Shown in pieces: positions 11,339 to 21,283 of a stretch of DNA of 43,022 nucleotides (position 1 is its first letter; the number at the start of each line of letters is the position of its first letter). The DNA is from Octopus bimaculoides (lineage: Eukaryota). The translations under genes and the position numbers were made by a program. The stretch is taken from contig NC_068999.1 in assembly GCF_001194135.2 (NCBI RefSeq), forward strand, positions 22,488,608-22,531,629, written 5' to 3'. The notes beneath the pieces were generated by a model. It was not told where the DNA came from. It saw nothing but the letters and a program-made list of their open reading frames with translations, and did no database searches.

Positions 11339-12556
11339 AGAAACTGACTATAGATAAATTTGATTTAAAGTAATATTAGTTTTTATTTAAATGAAAGAAG
11401 GAAATTATGAAAACCAAACTATTAGTTTTGTTAAGAGGAAAGCAGCTTGCTGGTTTTATTTTTCTAAGTAGTGAATTTTTATCATATTAATGAGCTTTAT
11501 CTCAAATATAATTAGCTTGCACAGTTTTGGGATTTAACCCAAAGCTCCTGTCTGCTTGTTTTGGGGTGTTGGCTTGAGTGTTTGCTTGTGTCTTTACTTG
11601 CATATGTGTGTGTGTGTGTGTTTAATCTCGAGTTCCAGATAACAAGATATTTCCAAATTGTAATTCAGTTCTATCTGACTTCTGGCTGACTGCACACATC
11701 AGCAGTTTGAGAAGACAGGATATGGTGATGGTGTAAATTGTATTTTTCAAACTGTAACATGTTTGTTGACAACAATTGCCATTTATATATTGGGAAGGTC
11801 TGTTTTGATGTTCATGAAAGAACGTCACTAGCACCAGTCTCACTAGTTTACTAAGGCCTGTAATGGTCATGTATACAACCTTCTTCCTCACTAAACTATA
11901 GTTTGAATTAGTTTGCTTCTTTTGTTCAAGATTAGAATAAGGTGGTGAGTATCTCCGTAAGCAAGGAGTTATGGAATTTTGATCAATTTCTAAGTATTAG
12001 TACCTTATCTAATATTGCTCATCTAATGCTGTTTATATCTCCTTTCTCTTAATTTTCAAATCTGCTTAAAAAACCCCCATGCAGGGTCAATGATTGCATG
12101 AGCTGTTGTTTTAATGCATCTGGCATTGGAAGGCATACTCTATAAGTCTTATATGTTTGATATATTGCGATACATTTGCTCTTTCAGGAGCAAAGTTTTA
12201 CATTTTAGCAAAACGGCGTCTATCAACTGCTATGGGATATTATTGCCATTAGTAATACTATATTTACTGACGTTAAAAGTAGAAGTTTACTGGTGATAAA
12301 TAGTGAATAATGTTGTAGCAAACAGTTATTTCTCATTCTCCAATATGGTCTCAGTGGTATATCATTAGACAAATATTCTATATGTGAGTACTTTCAATAA
12401 ATTCTGAGATGTTAAATTCTAATAGCATCATATACATTAATGTTTCTCACATGCAACTTATAATTTAAATACCACTTTCTTTACTCAAAGATGTAAACTT
12501 TTTGTTATTTATTTCATTTTCCATGCTAACGTGAGTGGGATGTAGGGATTTTCTTT

Positions 12557-12782
12557 CACAGGCCTAGCTGTAAGAAGTTTGCTTCCCAACCTGATGGTTC
12601 CAGGTTCAGTCCTCCTATGTGGTGCCTTGGGCAAGGGTTTTCTAGTGTAACCCAAGGCCAACTAGCCTTATGAGTGGATTTGGTTGACAGAAACTGATAG
12701 AAGCCTCTCTGATATATATATTTATATATATATATATATATAATCTGATTCATGCAATCTTGGAAAAGTGGATATTAAAATG
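12557..12782 (+). mobile_element. family B SINE with internal deletion
   Basis: GTAAGAAGTTTGCTTCCCAACC...GGTTCAGTCC...GACAGAAACTGATAGAAGCC, then (TA)n, then tail GGAAAAGTGGATATTAAAATG. Confidence 0.75.
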
Positions 12783-13149
12783 GAAATTTTAGTAGAATTA
12801 AAGAAATGTTTTTTATTGTCAGGAAAAAACATAGACGAAGTGTGTGGTAGTTTAAATATATGTATTTGCTGTGAGGAAAGTGTGCAGTTCATGCAATGAG
12901 ATCCAAATGATGCATTTTAACCATATTATATAGCCCTCTTCTTCACTTCCTTGTTAAGCACCTGTAGCATGAAACAGAATCTCTCTTTATTTAAAACTAC
13001 AGCATATAAAAAAAAAAAAAATTATTCAAATTACAATTCTTTGATTATTTGTTGCTGATGTACATCCTCACCCATGTTCTCTGATTCTGTATTTTACTTG
13101 AAACAAGAATAATTATCTACTTTACAACAATAGACACATTGGAACTTAT

Positions 13150-13330
13150 GATCATGTGGCCAGTGCCTAACTTAACACCATTAGATGTTCATTATGACTG
13201 GCAATCACTGTCATCTGAAACAGGCTATTAAGGTGTATTTCTTTCACCTTGATTACAGAATTAGAAAATAACATGTAGAAAAATTGGTAAATGCCATGTA
13301 GAATCTGGTTAAATTACCTTGCTAGATGTA
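13150..13330 (+). mobile_element. possible Tc1/mariner transposase remnant
   Basis: Translates WPVPNLTPLDVHYDW, similar to the WP.SPDLNPLD..W third-catalytic-residue motif. Otherwise decayed. Confidence 0.3.
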
Positions 13331-13565
13331 GGCATGTACATAGAAAATGTTTCTGTTAACAAGACATAAGAACATTAATGTATACATTCAATATTGAAAA
13401 ATGACTGAAGGAGGATTTTGTCTGCTTTTCAGAAAATATTTTGTCACTTGTGTACTGTCAGAAAAAAAAAAAAATTGCTCTCTTCAGTATTTCATTAGAT
13501 AAGATTAAATCTACAAATGAAATCATATAAGTTATTCACACTTATGTGAGAATATTTAACTACTG

Positions 13566-13780
13566 AAGGTGACAAGCTGGCAGAGATGTTAGCACGCTAG
13601 GTGAAATACTTAGTGGTATTTCGTCTGTTTTTATGTTCTGAGTTCAAATTCTGCCATGGTTGACTTTGCCTTTCATCCTTTCGGGGTCGATAAATTAAGT
13701 ACCAGTTGCATACTGGGATCGGTCTAATTGACTGGTACCCTCCCCCAAAATGTCAGGCCTTGTGCCTAGAGTAGAAAAGA
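13566..13780 (+). mobile_element. family A SINE, near full length
   Basis: Collinear with the 11067 head/body. Tail GGCCTTGTGCCTAGAGTAGAAAAG; AGAATATTT on both flanks is a possible TSD. Confidence 0.9.
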
Positions 13781-15826
13781 ATATTTTACTGAACTCTTTT
13801 TGTTTTGTTTTTTTTTTTTCAGTTAGGTTAGCTCTTTAGTATTGTCATTTGTAGGAAAGTAAAACAAGGAATTCTTTGACTCTTGGACTAGAACAAAACC
13901 AAATGTCAAAAGAGATGCGAGTGCACTCTTCAGCCTAGTAACCTAAATCTTGTCTTCTCAGATGTTTGTGTTATTTTCATTTATTCCTTTCTCCTTTCTT
14001 TGGCACTGATTATAAGATTATGGAGGTATGGGAAGTAATGTTGATATTACAAGCTATATGTTATCTGGCTTAGTATAACACTGAACTAGTAAATATATAG
14101 TGAAATAATATAGAATTTGATATTTTAGTAGCCCTAAGTTGTTGGGCGAATCATATTTTGTTGCTGTTATTCTAGATTACTAATATGTTGTTTAATGTTA
14201 AAAGGATACATGATACATTTGTTTTCAAAATAAAATTATTTTTCTTAATCGGACAACTATATAAGCAATAAAGTTCTGTCTCTCCTACTTGATTTCAAAT
14301 GATGTTGGAATTCACTTTGTCTTTTTTTCTATAAGTCTGTTAAAAATAAAATATTTGTAAGGTGCACATTCATCATCTATATCTCAAAAAATTGGTCTTG
14401 TCACTTAAAAAAGTGCTGGTGTATTCATTTTTGTAACAATCGTTTTTGTTGCTTTCTGTTCTACTATATTATTGACATTGGAATTTTATTTTATCTAAAC
14501 CACATAAACTGAATTTAACAGATCACCATGTAATATTTTGGTGCATACAACATGCATTGAACGTAATACCAGTTGAAGTATTTTTCTTTTTTAATCTTTC
14601 AATGTCTTCACTTACAACCACTGTCTGTATTTTGACTTTGAATATTTGAATCTTAAATCAATTTAAAGAATATATTGTTAGGAAGCTTCTATTTAGCAAT
14701 TTAAAAAAAAAAAAGTCTTTTGTGTAGCCACAAAATTGGTTTGAAGATTTTTCTTCAATCAATATATAGATTTGGATTTTTTTGTATGGAAATGAGTGAT
14801 ATAAAGTGAATATTTGGAACAATTCTTGAAATACCCCCAGTGTTTAATGGATATGATAAAAGCAATAGTTTTCATAGCTTTGTGTTGAGACTATTTTCTT
14901 ATTGTAGGTATTTATATCTACAAATAAAAAGTCTCTGTTATTTTATAATATAAGTACCCTCTATGTCATAACTAATATTTTTATTTATATTTCAAGTTGT
15001 AAATATTAATCTAGCAGTTAGTCAAATATTAATAGGTTTTTCTCAATATTATTGCTAAATGGGTTGAAATAATCAGTATCTCCTATTTCTAAAGTAACTT
15101 AAAATAATTCACCCCATTTTCTAAACTTTGTTTTATTTTGTTGAAAGTATATTGTCAACATGATTTCTAGTGTTACTTCTCTATTCATATTGCTTCATAT
15201 AAGCCTTTATATAGATTACAGATTGTATAAAATGTTAGTCAGTTTGAGAATTTAATCCTCAAGTTGATTCCAGTTGTCAGATACAAAGTCTTTTCCCATA
15301 TGAGTGTCCAATCTGAAATCGCTTTCCATAAATATTCTTCTTTCATTGGGAATATATACTGTGGCTTTCTATATTTAATATCTTTTGCTCTAACATTTGT
15401 TCTAATCTATTTTGATTTATCTACAATATCTTTTAGAATTCTTACCAAGAAATTTTATTAGAATTCTCAGATTTCATTTCAGTTAATGCAAGTTTATAAA
15501 TATATCTTTATTTTTGTCTCATGATGTTGTAAATCTTTAGAAATATTTTGGATTCCATTGAAAACATTACATAATCATTGCCTTTTAAAAAGTTTATTGA
15601 GTCTATATTACCCAAAAAATGGTTATTCCAAAATATTTCATAGCAGGCAGATCCTTTTTTATATTTCATAGCTGTTTTATCGCAACTATTGTAATAAATA
15701 GTTATAATATAGATGAGGCTAAAACAACCTTCAATAATAACATTTTAAAGGGATTGACGTAATTCTTCACAAAGGTAAACAGATAAGACAAATATTGTGA
15801 TGTGATTCCAATAGGTATTTTATTGG

Positions 15827-15866
15827 TTGAACAATATTTCGACAAGCCTGTCTTTGTCGAGTTCAA
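15827..15866 (-). ncRNA. minimal type I hammerhead-like motif (variant core) in pLTR
   Basis: Minus strand UUGAAC-UCGACAA-A-GACA-GGCU-UGUC-GAAA-UA-UU/GUUCAA: stem I 6 bp, stem II 4 bp, palindromic AUAU stem III. Confidence 0.6.
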
Positions 15867-16022
15867 AATAAGGAGTGATAAAAATTCAAAATTATAGAAA
15901 TTTAAATTTAAAGTATGAACAAGAGCAACTAGTATCCACACATTGATGGAATGACATCATCAGTCTTAAGTTTCAGTTTTATAACAGGCAAAAAGAAAGA
16001 CAGAAAAAAGGAAAAAGAATAG

Positions 16023-16534
16023 TTAATCAAACGGTTTTGTATAAACTTGATGATATTCTCCTGTCATTTTATTCATTCCTCCAGGGCATGATGTTAATAA
16101 CCCGCAAACATATTTCTCCTCATGCATTTTGAGAAGTGAAAGTGAAGCAGATTCAGAATATTTTCTGAGAGTATGCACTTTCAGATCTTTTTCCAAATTG
16201 CAGCTGTTTGAAGCAAAATGTTCGGCAAGTTCTGTCAAACTACTGTTATTGTGCCTGATGTCATATCTGTGTCCATTAAATCTTTTGTTTAATTGTTCTA
16301 TTGTACAACAAACAAAAAATCAAGTTGCGTTTCATGCATTATGCCATGTAAACCAAATGGAAATCTCATGTCCCATCTTCTGTATAAATCATAATGTTTC
16401 TGTTATGATTCTTGATGGAATTCACATGACTCATGTTGTTGCACAATGAACAGGGCTTATCTCTCTTGCGGCCGCTTTTCAAGGTACAATGTGCAGATAT
16501 CTCAATGTTCGTTTTCTTGGAGTCAGAAATAGAG
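16023..16534 (-). pseudogene. PLE GIY-YIG endonuclease fragment
   Basis: CTLKSGRKRDKPCSLC...HLVYMA*C...TIEQLNKRFNGHRYDI...TELAEHF...EEKYVCGLLTSCPGGMN, with stops and a frameshift. Confidence 0.85.
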
Positions 16535-16620
16535 GTCATTCCATCAACGTGTGGATGCTGGTTGCTCTCATTCATACTTTAACTTCAAATTTCTATAATT
16601 TTGAATTTTCATCACTTGTT

Positions 16621-16663
16621 TTGAATTCGACAAACACTGACTTGCTGACGAAATATCGTTCAA
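16621..16663 (+). ncRNA. second copy of the variant hammerhead-like motif in the inverted pLTR
   Basis: UUGAAU-UCGACAA-A-CACUGACUUGCUGAC-GAAA-UA-UC/GUUCAA; stem II partly decayed. Confidence 0.5.
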
Positions 16664-16694
16664 CCAATAAAATATCTATTGTAATAATAATAAT

Positions 16695-16909
16695 GATTTC
16701 AAATTATGGACAAGGCCAGCAATTTTAGAGGAGGGTGTTAGTTGGTTACATTGACCTCAGTATCTAACTGGTGCTTTATTTTACCAACTCTGAAAGGATG
16801 AAAAGTAAAGTTGATTTCAATCAGATTTGGACCCAAAACATAAAAAAAGTCAGGACATAAAGAGTCATATTTGTCCAATGCATCAATGATTCTGCTAGTT
16901 TGCTGCCGT
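16695..16909 (-). mobile_element. family A SINE, copy 1 of tandem array
   Basis: GACAAGGCCAGCAATTT...AAAGGATGAAAAG...GATTCTGCTAGTTTGCTGCC. Confidence 0.75.
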
Positions 16910-16930
16910 AATACAAATAACGATGATGAT

Positions 16931-17129
16931 AATTCTTGGGCACATGGCCTGAAATTTTTGGGGAGAGGGCAAGATGATTATTACAATGGACCCCAGTGTC
17001 CAACTAACACTTATAATATTGATTCTGAACGGATGAAAGCAAATTCGACCTTAGCAGAATGTAAAGTGGGAAGAAATGCAGCTAAGCATTTTGTTCAGTC
17101 TGCTAATGGTTCTACCAGCTTGCCACCTT
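16931..17129 (-). mobile_element. family A SINE, copy 2 of tandem array
   Basis: GGCACATGGCCTGAAATTT...GGATGAAAGCAAATTCGACC...CCAGCTTGCCACCTT. Confidence 0.75.
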
Positions 17130-17145
17130 GATGATCATCATCATT

Positions 17146-17333
17146 ATTCAAGTTTTGACACAAGGTCAGCAATTTTAAAGGGAGTGGTTAGTTGTTTACA
17201 TTAACTTCAGTACTTGATTTGTACTTTATTTTATCAACTTCAAAATGATGAAATGCAGTTGACCTTAGCGTGATTTGAACTCAGAATGTCATTTTTGTCT
17301 GACATGCCAATGATTCTACCAGCTTACTGCCTT
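17146..17333 (-). mobile_element. family A SINE, copy 3 of tandem array
   Basis: GACACAAGGTCAGCAATTT...ATTTGAACTCAGAATG...CCAGCTTACTGCCTT. Confidence 0.75.
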
Positions 17334-17348
17334 AACAATAATAATAAT

Positions 17349-17563
17349 GGATTCAAATTTTGGCACAAGGCCAGCTATTTTGGGGGAGAGAATAAGTCAA
17401 TTACATCTACCCCCAGTGCTCAACTGGTATTTATTTTACTGACCCTGAAAGTATGATAGATGAAGTTAACCTCAGCAAAATTTGAACTCAGAACATAGAG
17501 GCAAATGAAATACAGCAAAGCATTCTTTTTCTAATGCTCTAATGATTCTGCTAGCTCATCACT
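17349..17563 (-). mobile_element. family A SINE, copy 4 of tandem array
   Basis: GGCACAAGGCCAGCTATTTT...ATTTGAACTCAGAAC...GATTCTGCTAGCTC. Confidence 0.8.
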
Positions 17564-17766
17564 AATAACAATAAAGCCAAAATGTTAAAAATCTATATCT
17601 GATTGTATTTTAGTTGGTAGGAAAATTTTTTGCTTGAAAACCAAGTGAAAAAAAAAAAGAAAAAAAAATTAATTAGTGATAATTCAGATAATTTAAATAA
17701 AATTATATGTACATTATTTGCATTATTTACATTTGATGGATATTTGTCCTCATCTTGTTTGTTGTT

Positions 17767-17809
17767 AACACGTTTCAGTTGATATACCCTCCAGCCTTCA
17801 TCAGGTGTC
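17767..17809 (-). ncRNA. minimal hammerhead ribozyme, left arm
   Basis: GACAC-CUGAUGA-A-GGCUG-GAGGGUAUAU-CAACU-GAAA-CGUGUU. Core intact; 3-nt deletion at the cleavage site/stem I. Confidence 0.7.
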
Positions 17810-17958
17810 TTGGGGGAAATTTCAAACCTGGGTTCTCATTCCTAAGGTATTTTACGATATTATTATTATTATTATCATTTTTCAGGTCACTGCCTGGAAT
17901 CAAACTTGGAATTTTGGGGTTAGTAGCCTGCACTCTTAACCACTACACCATATGCCCA

Positions 17959-18012
17959 TGGCGTAGTGGTTAAGAGTGTGGGCTACTAACCCCAAGATTC
18001 CGAGTTCGATTC
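17959..18012 (+). promoter_or_regulatory. tRNA-type internal Pol III promoter (A and B box), right arm; mirrored on the minus strand at about 17897-17950
   Basis: A box TGGCGTAGTGG (17959-17969) fits TRGCNNARYGG; B box GTTCGATTC (18004-18012) fits GWTCRANNC; tRNA-like spacing. Confidence 0.75.
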
Positions 18013-18095
18013 CAGGCAGTGACCTGAATAATAATAATAATAATAACATCGAAAAATACCTTAGGAATGAGAACACAAGTTCAAAATTTCCCCAA

Positions 18096-18134
18096 GACAC
18101 CTGATGAAGGGTATATCAGCTGAAATGTTGTGTT
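18096..18134 (+). ncRNA. minimal hammerhead ribozyme, right arm
   Basis: GACAC-CUGAUGA-AGGGUAUAUCAGCU-GAAA-UG-UU/GUGUU. Core, cleavage triplet and stem I intact; 5' strand of stem II deleted. Confidence 0.7.
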
Positions 18135-18721
18135 AACATACAAGATGAGGACACATCTGTAAAATGTAAATAATGTACATAATTCCTCATCTCTTAAATA
18201 TAGAACTGTAAAATTATATGTATGGCACTTCTAGGAAATTCTGGGTGTACTATGTGTGTTACACCTATGAAAACCATAAAATAAGGATTTAAGTAAATTG
18301 CCTACACAGTTTTCTTAAATCCTTATTTATATGTTCATAAGCTTTTACTTGCCTTAACAAATGAGCTAAACTGCCATAACTCATTGTGAATTCTAATACT
18401 AAATCAAATTGAAGTTTGTTGTTATAGATTTTGGTTATGAAGCTTTTTTTTTTTTTTTGCATCAGTTAATTATCTATTCTAAGTTTTAATTTTCTGCTCT
18501 ATTACCCGTGTAGTATCCAATTTAAATGTCTGAAATTTATCTAATTCTAACGGTTACCTTAATGAAATACTTGAGAATTCTAATGTTTTAGTAGGAATTC
18601 CAATAGATATTGTAGATTCTAATTCTGGTGTTCAGCATATTCTGCTTCAGATCTGCCTAGTACTATTATAGTAAATGCAACAGTATTAATTTCGAAACCA
18701 CTGAGTTAAAAAGAAGAAAAA

Positions 18722-18785
18722 ATAAAGCAGTGCTCCAGTATGGCTGTAGTCAAATGACTGAAGCAATTAAGAGAATAAAAGAATT
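18722..18785 (+). mobile_element. 3' tail fragment of family C SINE
   Basis: GTGCTCCAGTATGGCTGTAGTCAAATGACTGAAGCAATTAAGAGAATAAAAGAA matches the reverse complement of 25049-25095. Confidence 0.5.
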
Positions 18786-19026
18786 CCAATTAAATGATGC
18801 TAAAATTGACGAGATTGCACACTGTAGACCTAATTAACATTTTTCATATAAACCAAAGTAAATAGTGGATGATGATAACATTAGACTGCTATAGATGTAG
18901 TTGTGTGTGAAATGTTCCTTTGATTAGAGGAATAATAGGTAAACATTTTCTGAAGTAATACCTGTAAGAAAAACTGGATTGCTGATAAAAATAGATCACT
19001 ATGGATTTTGAAGATTCAGTTGTTAT

Positions 19027-20243
19027 ACTGAAAGTAATGCAAAAGTGGGCATAACTTTTTCATTAATGGATACAGGTAATTCAAGTTGCACATGCTGGTA
19101 GAGTAACTTTTCCTCTATAGATCTTCTTCCTGTTGTTCATTGCAGGCAAATAATGGGTTCTATGCAGAAGCAAAAATTGTTTTTGAGTTCTTGACAAAGG
19201 AGGGGTGCAGGCTGTCTGACATATGCAAAAGCCTACAGATTGTTTACAAAAATGATACCATTTATAAGAGGAGTGTGCACAGATCGAAGAAGAAGTTCAA
19301 AGAAGGGGAAACTAGTATTAAAGACAGATCACACAGAGTAGGATCATCAACTGCAACCAATTGACATCAATCATGAGTGAGTGGATGAAATGACTTGCAC
19401 AACAAATCAGTTGCAATCTGTGGTCACAATGCATTGCAGAAGATGATGGAAGACTGGATATTAAAAGAGTATGCAAAATAAGAACCTTGATAGTTGACAC
19501 CTGATTTGAAGAAGAGAAGGGTGGCAGCTTGCTCTGATCTATTGGAAACATTTGAAGCCAACAGAAACTTTTTTTTTTTCTCTGGTCTTGATCTGATGAC
19601 TGGGGATGAAATTTGGTTGTATCTTTGCTCCAGAAACAAAGGCTTAGACCATGCAAGGCCTAAGAGCTTCAAGAGTCACTGATCAGCACAGAAAATCATG
19701 GTGACTATTTTGGAGGATGACATGGGCATCCTTCTCATACCACTTGTTGTAAACAGCAAGTTGTGCATTTGAAACCCTAAAGGAGCTTAGAGAAACTATT
19801 AGGTGGAAGAGAATGAACAAAAATATGAAAATAATCCATATTTCATCATGTCACTGTATAACCACATAAATCTATCAAGCAACCAGCAAATTGGGCTGGC
19901 TAGTGGTCTTTCAGTCATCATACAGTTCAGATCTGGCATCCTCTGGCTTCCATTTGTTTGGGCCAATGAAGGACAGTCTTCTAGGACAACTATTTGATGA
20001 CACAGACCAGTTGGAAGTGGCTATATAGAAAAAGGTACAGCAATGTATACCTGAATTTTATCAAAGAGGATTTGAGAGTTGGGTTCATTGATGGCACAAA
20101 TGCATCACTTGCAATTGAGATTATGTTGAATAAATACTATGTATAGCAGATAAATTACTCAACCAACATATGCAATTTGAACAGCCTATGTCCGTTAATA
20201 AAAAAAGTTATGTCCACTGTTGCATAAATTTTGACTCTCAAGA
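19027..20243 (+). mobile_element. decayed mariner (Tc1/mariner) DNA transposon with TIRs
   Basis: HTH region KIVFEFLTKEG...KKFKEGETSIKD; TPDLKKRRVAAC...MTGDEIW; YSSDLASSGFHLFGPMK (19921-19970). About 70-bp inverted termini (ATGCAAAAGTGGGCATAACTTTTT vs AAAAAAGTTATGTCCACTGTTGCAT). Confidence 0.85.
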
Positions 20244-21283
20244 TAAATATCTACATTTAGGTTAGTGTGTTTTTTTTTTCTAAAATAGATAAAAATAGAA
20301 ATTGTAAAAATTAATTCAACAGCATGATGAACATGTGTATACTCTAGTTCATAGTTTAAGCTGGTGAGGCTAATCATTGGGATGTTAAGACTGAAGCAAA
20401 ATAGAAGCAAAATAATGAATAATGAGCAGGTAACAATGAAAGAAAAGTTTATGAATTTACTTTGGTTATGTCACATATAGAAATAATGTATTTTATAAGT
20501 GTGTATTTTTGGGTGATATTTTCATTATTTTTTCTACTAACCTGTCAGCATGAAGTCTAATAGTATATAATTTCATCTCTTGACATTTGTTACCATGCCA
20601 TCACCATCTCTCTCTCATGAAATTCAAAAGAAATGAATACCACTTTATGTAATTTTCTGTTGTTTGTCTTTTTTTTCTTGTATTAGTCAAGGTAGAAATA
20701 GTAGCCATGAAATTTTAAATACCTTCTCCAACTGGTGGAGTTGGTGAAGTTCATGCTTATAACCTCAGGACAATGTCTGCAAACAAAAAAATTCTGAGAA
20801 AGGAGTGAACAGGGAATCTAGTTTGAATGTTTGCAACAGTGAATTCTGCTGACGGTCTTTCCAAGGACCAGGTTAGGTTTACCACTCTGGATGTAGCTAC
20901 TTATTACTCTAAAGTAATATCTCACAAAGGAGACACTGAAGTGGTTTCTACCAGTTTTCTCTGGTCAGGTATAAAGATCTGTTTTTACGAGGATTGTGAG
21001 AACCAAACTTTTTTTTAAGGGTTTTAGCTATGTAAGATGAAGTAAAGTTGCTACAACCAGCAACAAAAATTGGGTCATGGACCTGACTTTCAGAAATTCA
21101 TTCATACCTTATCCAGCTGCCTTGCCTTTGTAGCCCACAATTATGTGAAATATGTTAAACTTGATTCTCTTGTTTGCTACATTTCCTTTGGATTCAATAG
21201 CTTGTCATAACTTCCTTTTCAGTGAAAAATATTAATTTTGGGTTTTGTTGCTTTGCTTTGATAAATCTATCCTATTCTATTTA

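Larger units (their letters stand above)
15698..16675 (-). mobile_element. 5'-truncated Penelope-like element: GIY-YIG fragment between inverted pLTRs, 12-bp TSD
   Basis: Endonuclease C-terminal half at 16023-16534; inverted arms 15809-15955 and 16535-16681; direct repeat CTATTGTAATAA at 15686-15697 and 16676-16687. Confidence 0.85.
17712..18208. mobile_element. palindromic head-to-head tRNA-SINE/hammerhead element with 14-bp TSD
   Basis: Arms 17712-17957 (-) and 17958-18180 (+) are inverted copies; the right arm has an extra 28-nt tail. TSD TAAAATTATATGTA at 17698-17711 and 18209-18222. Confidence 0.85.

Noticed and set aside
12926-13096. Possible minus-strand micro-exon (13072-13096) + 110-nt intron + terminal exon (12926-12961) giving KIQNQRTWVLNKEVKKRAI*
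   Set aside because: Splice signals are in phase, but there are only 61 coding nt, no recognisable homology and no supporting upstream exons. Expected by chance in AT-rich DNA; needs RNA-seq.
17952-18025. Functional tRNA gene
   Set aside because: A and B boxes are present but no proper acceptor stem forms; it is the head of a TSD-bounded repeat.
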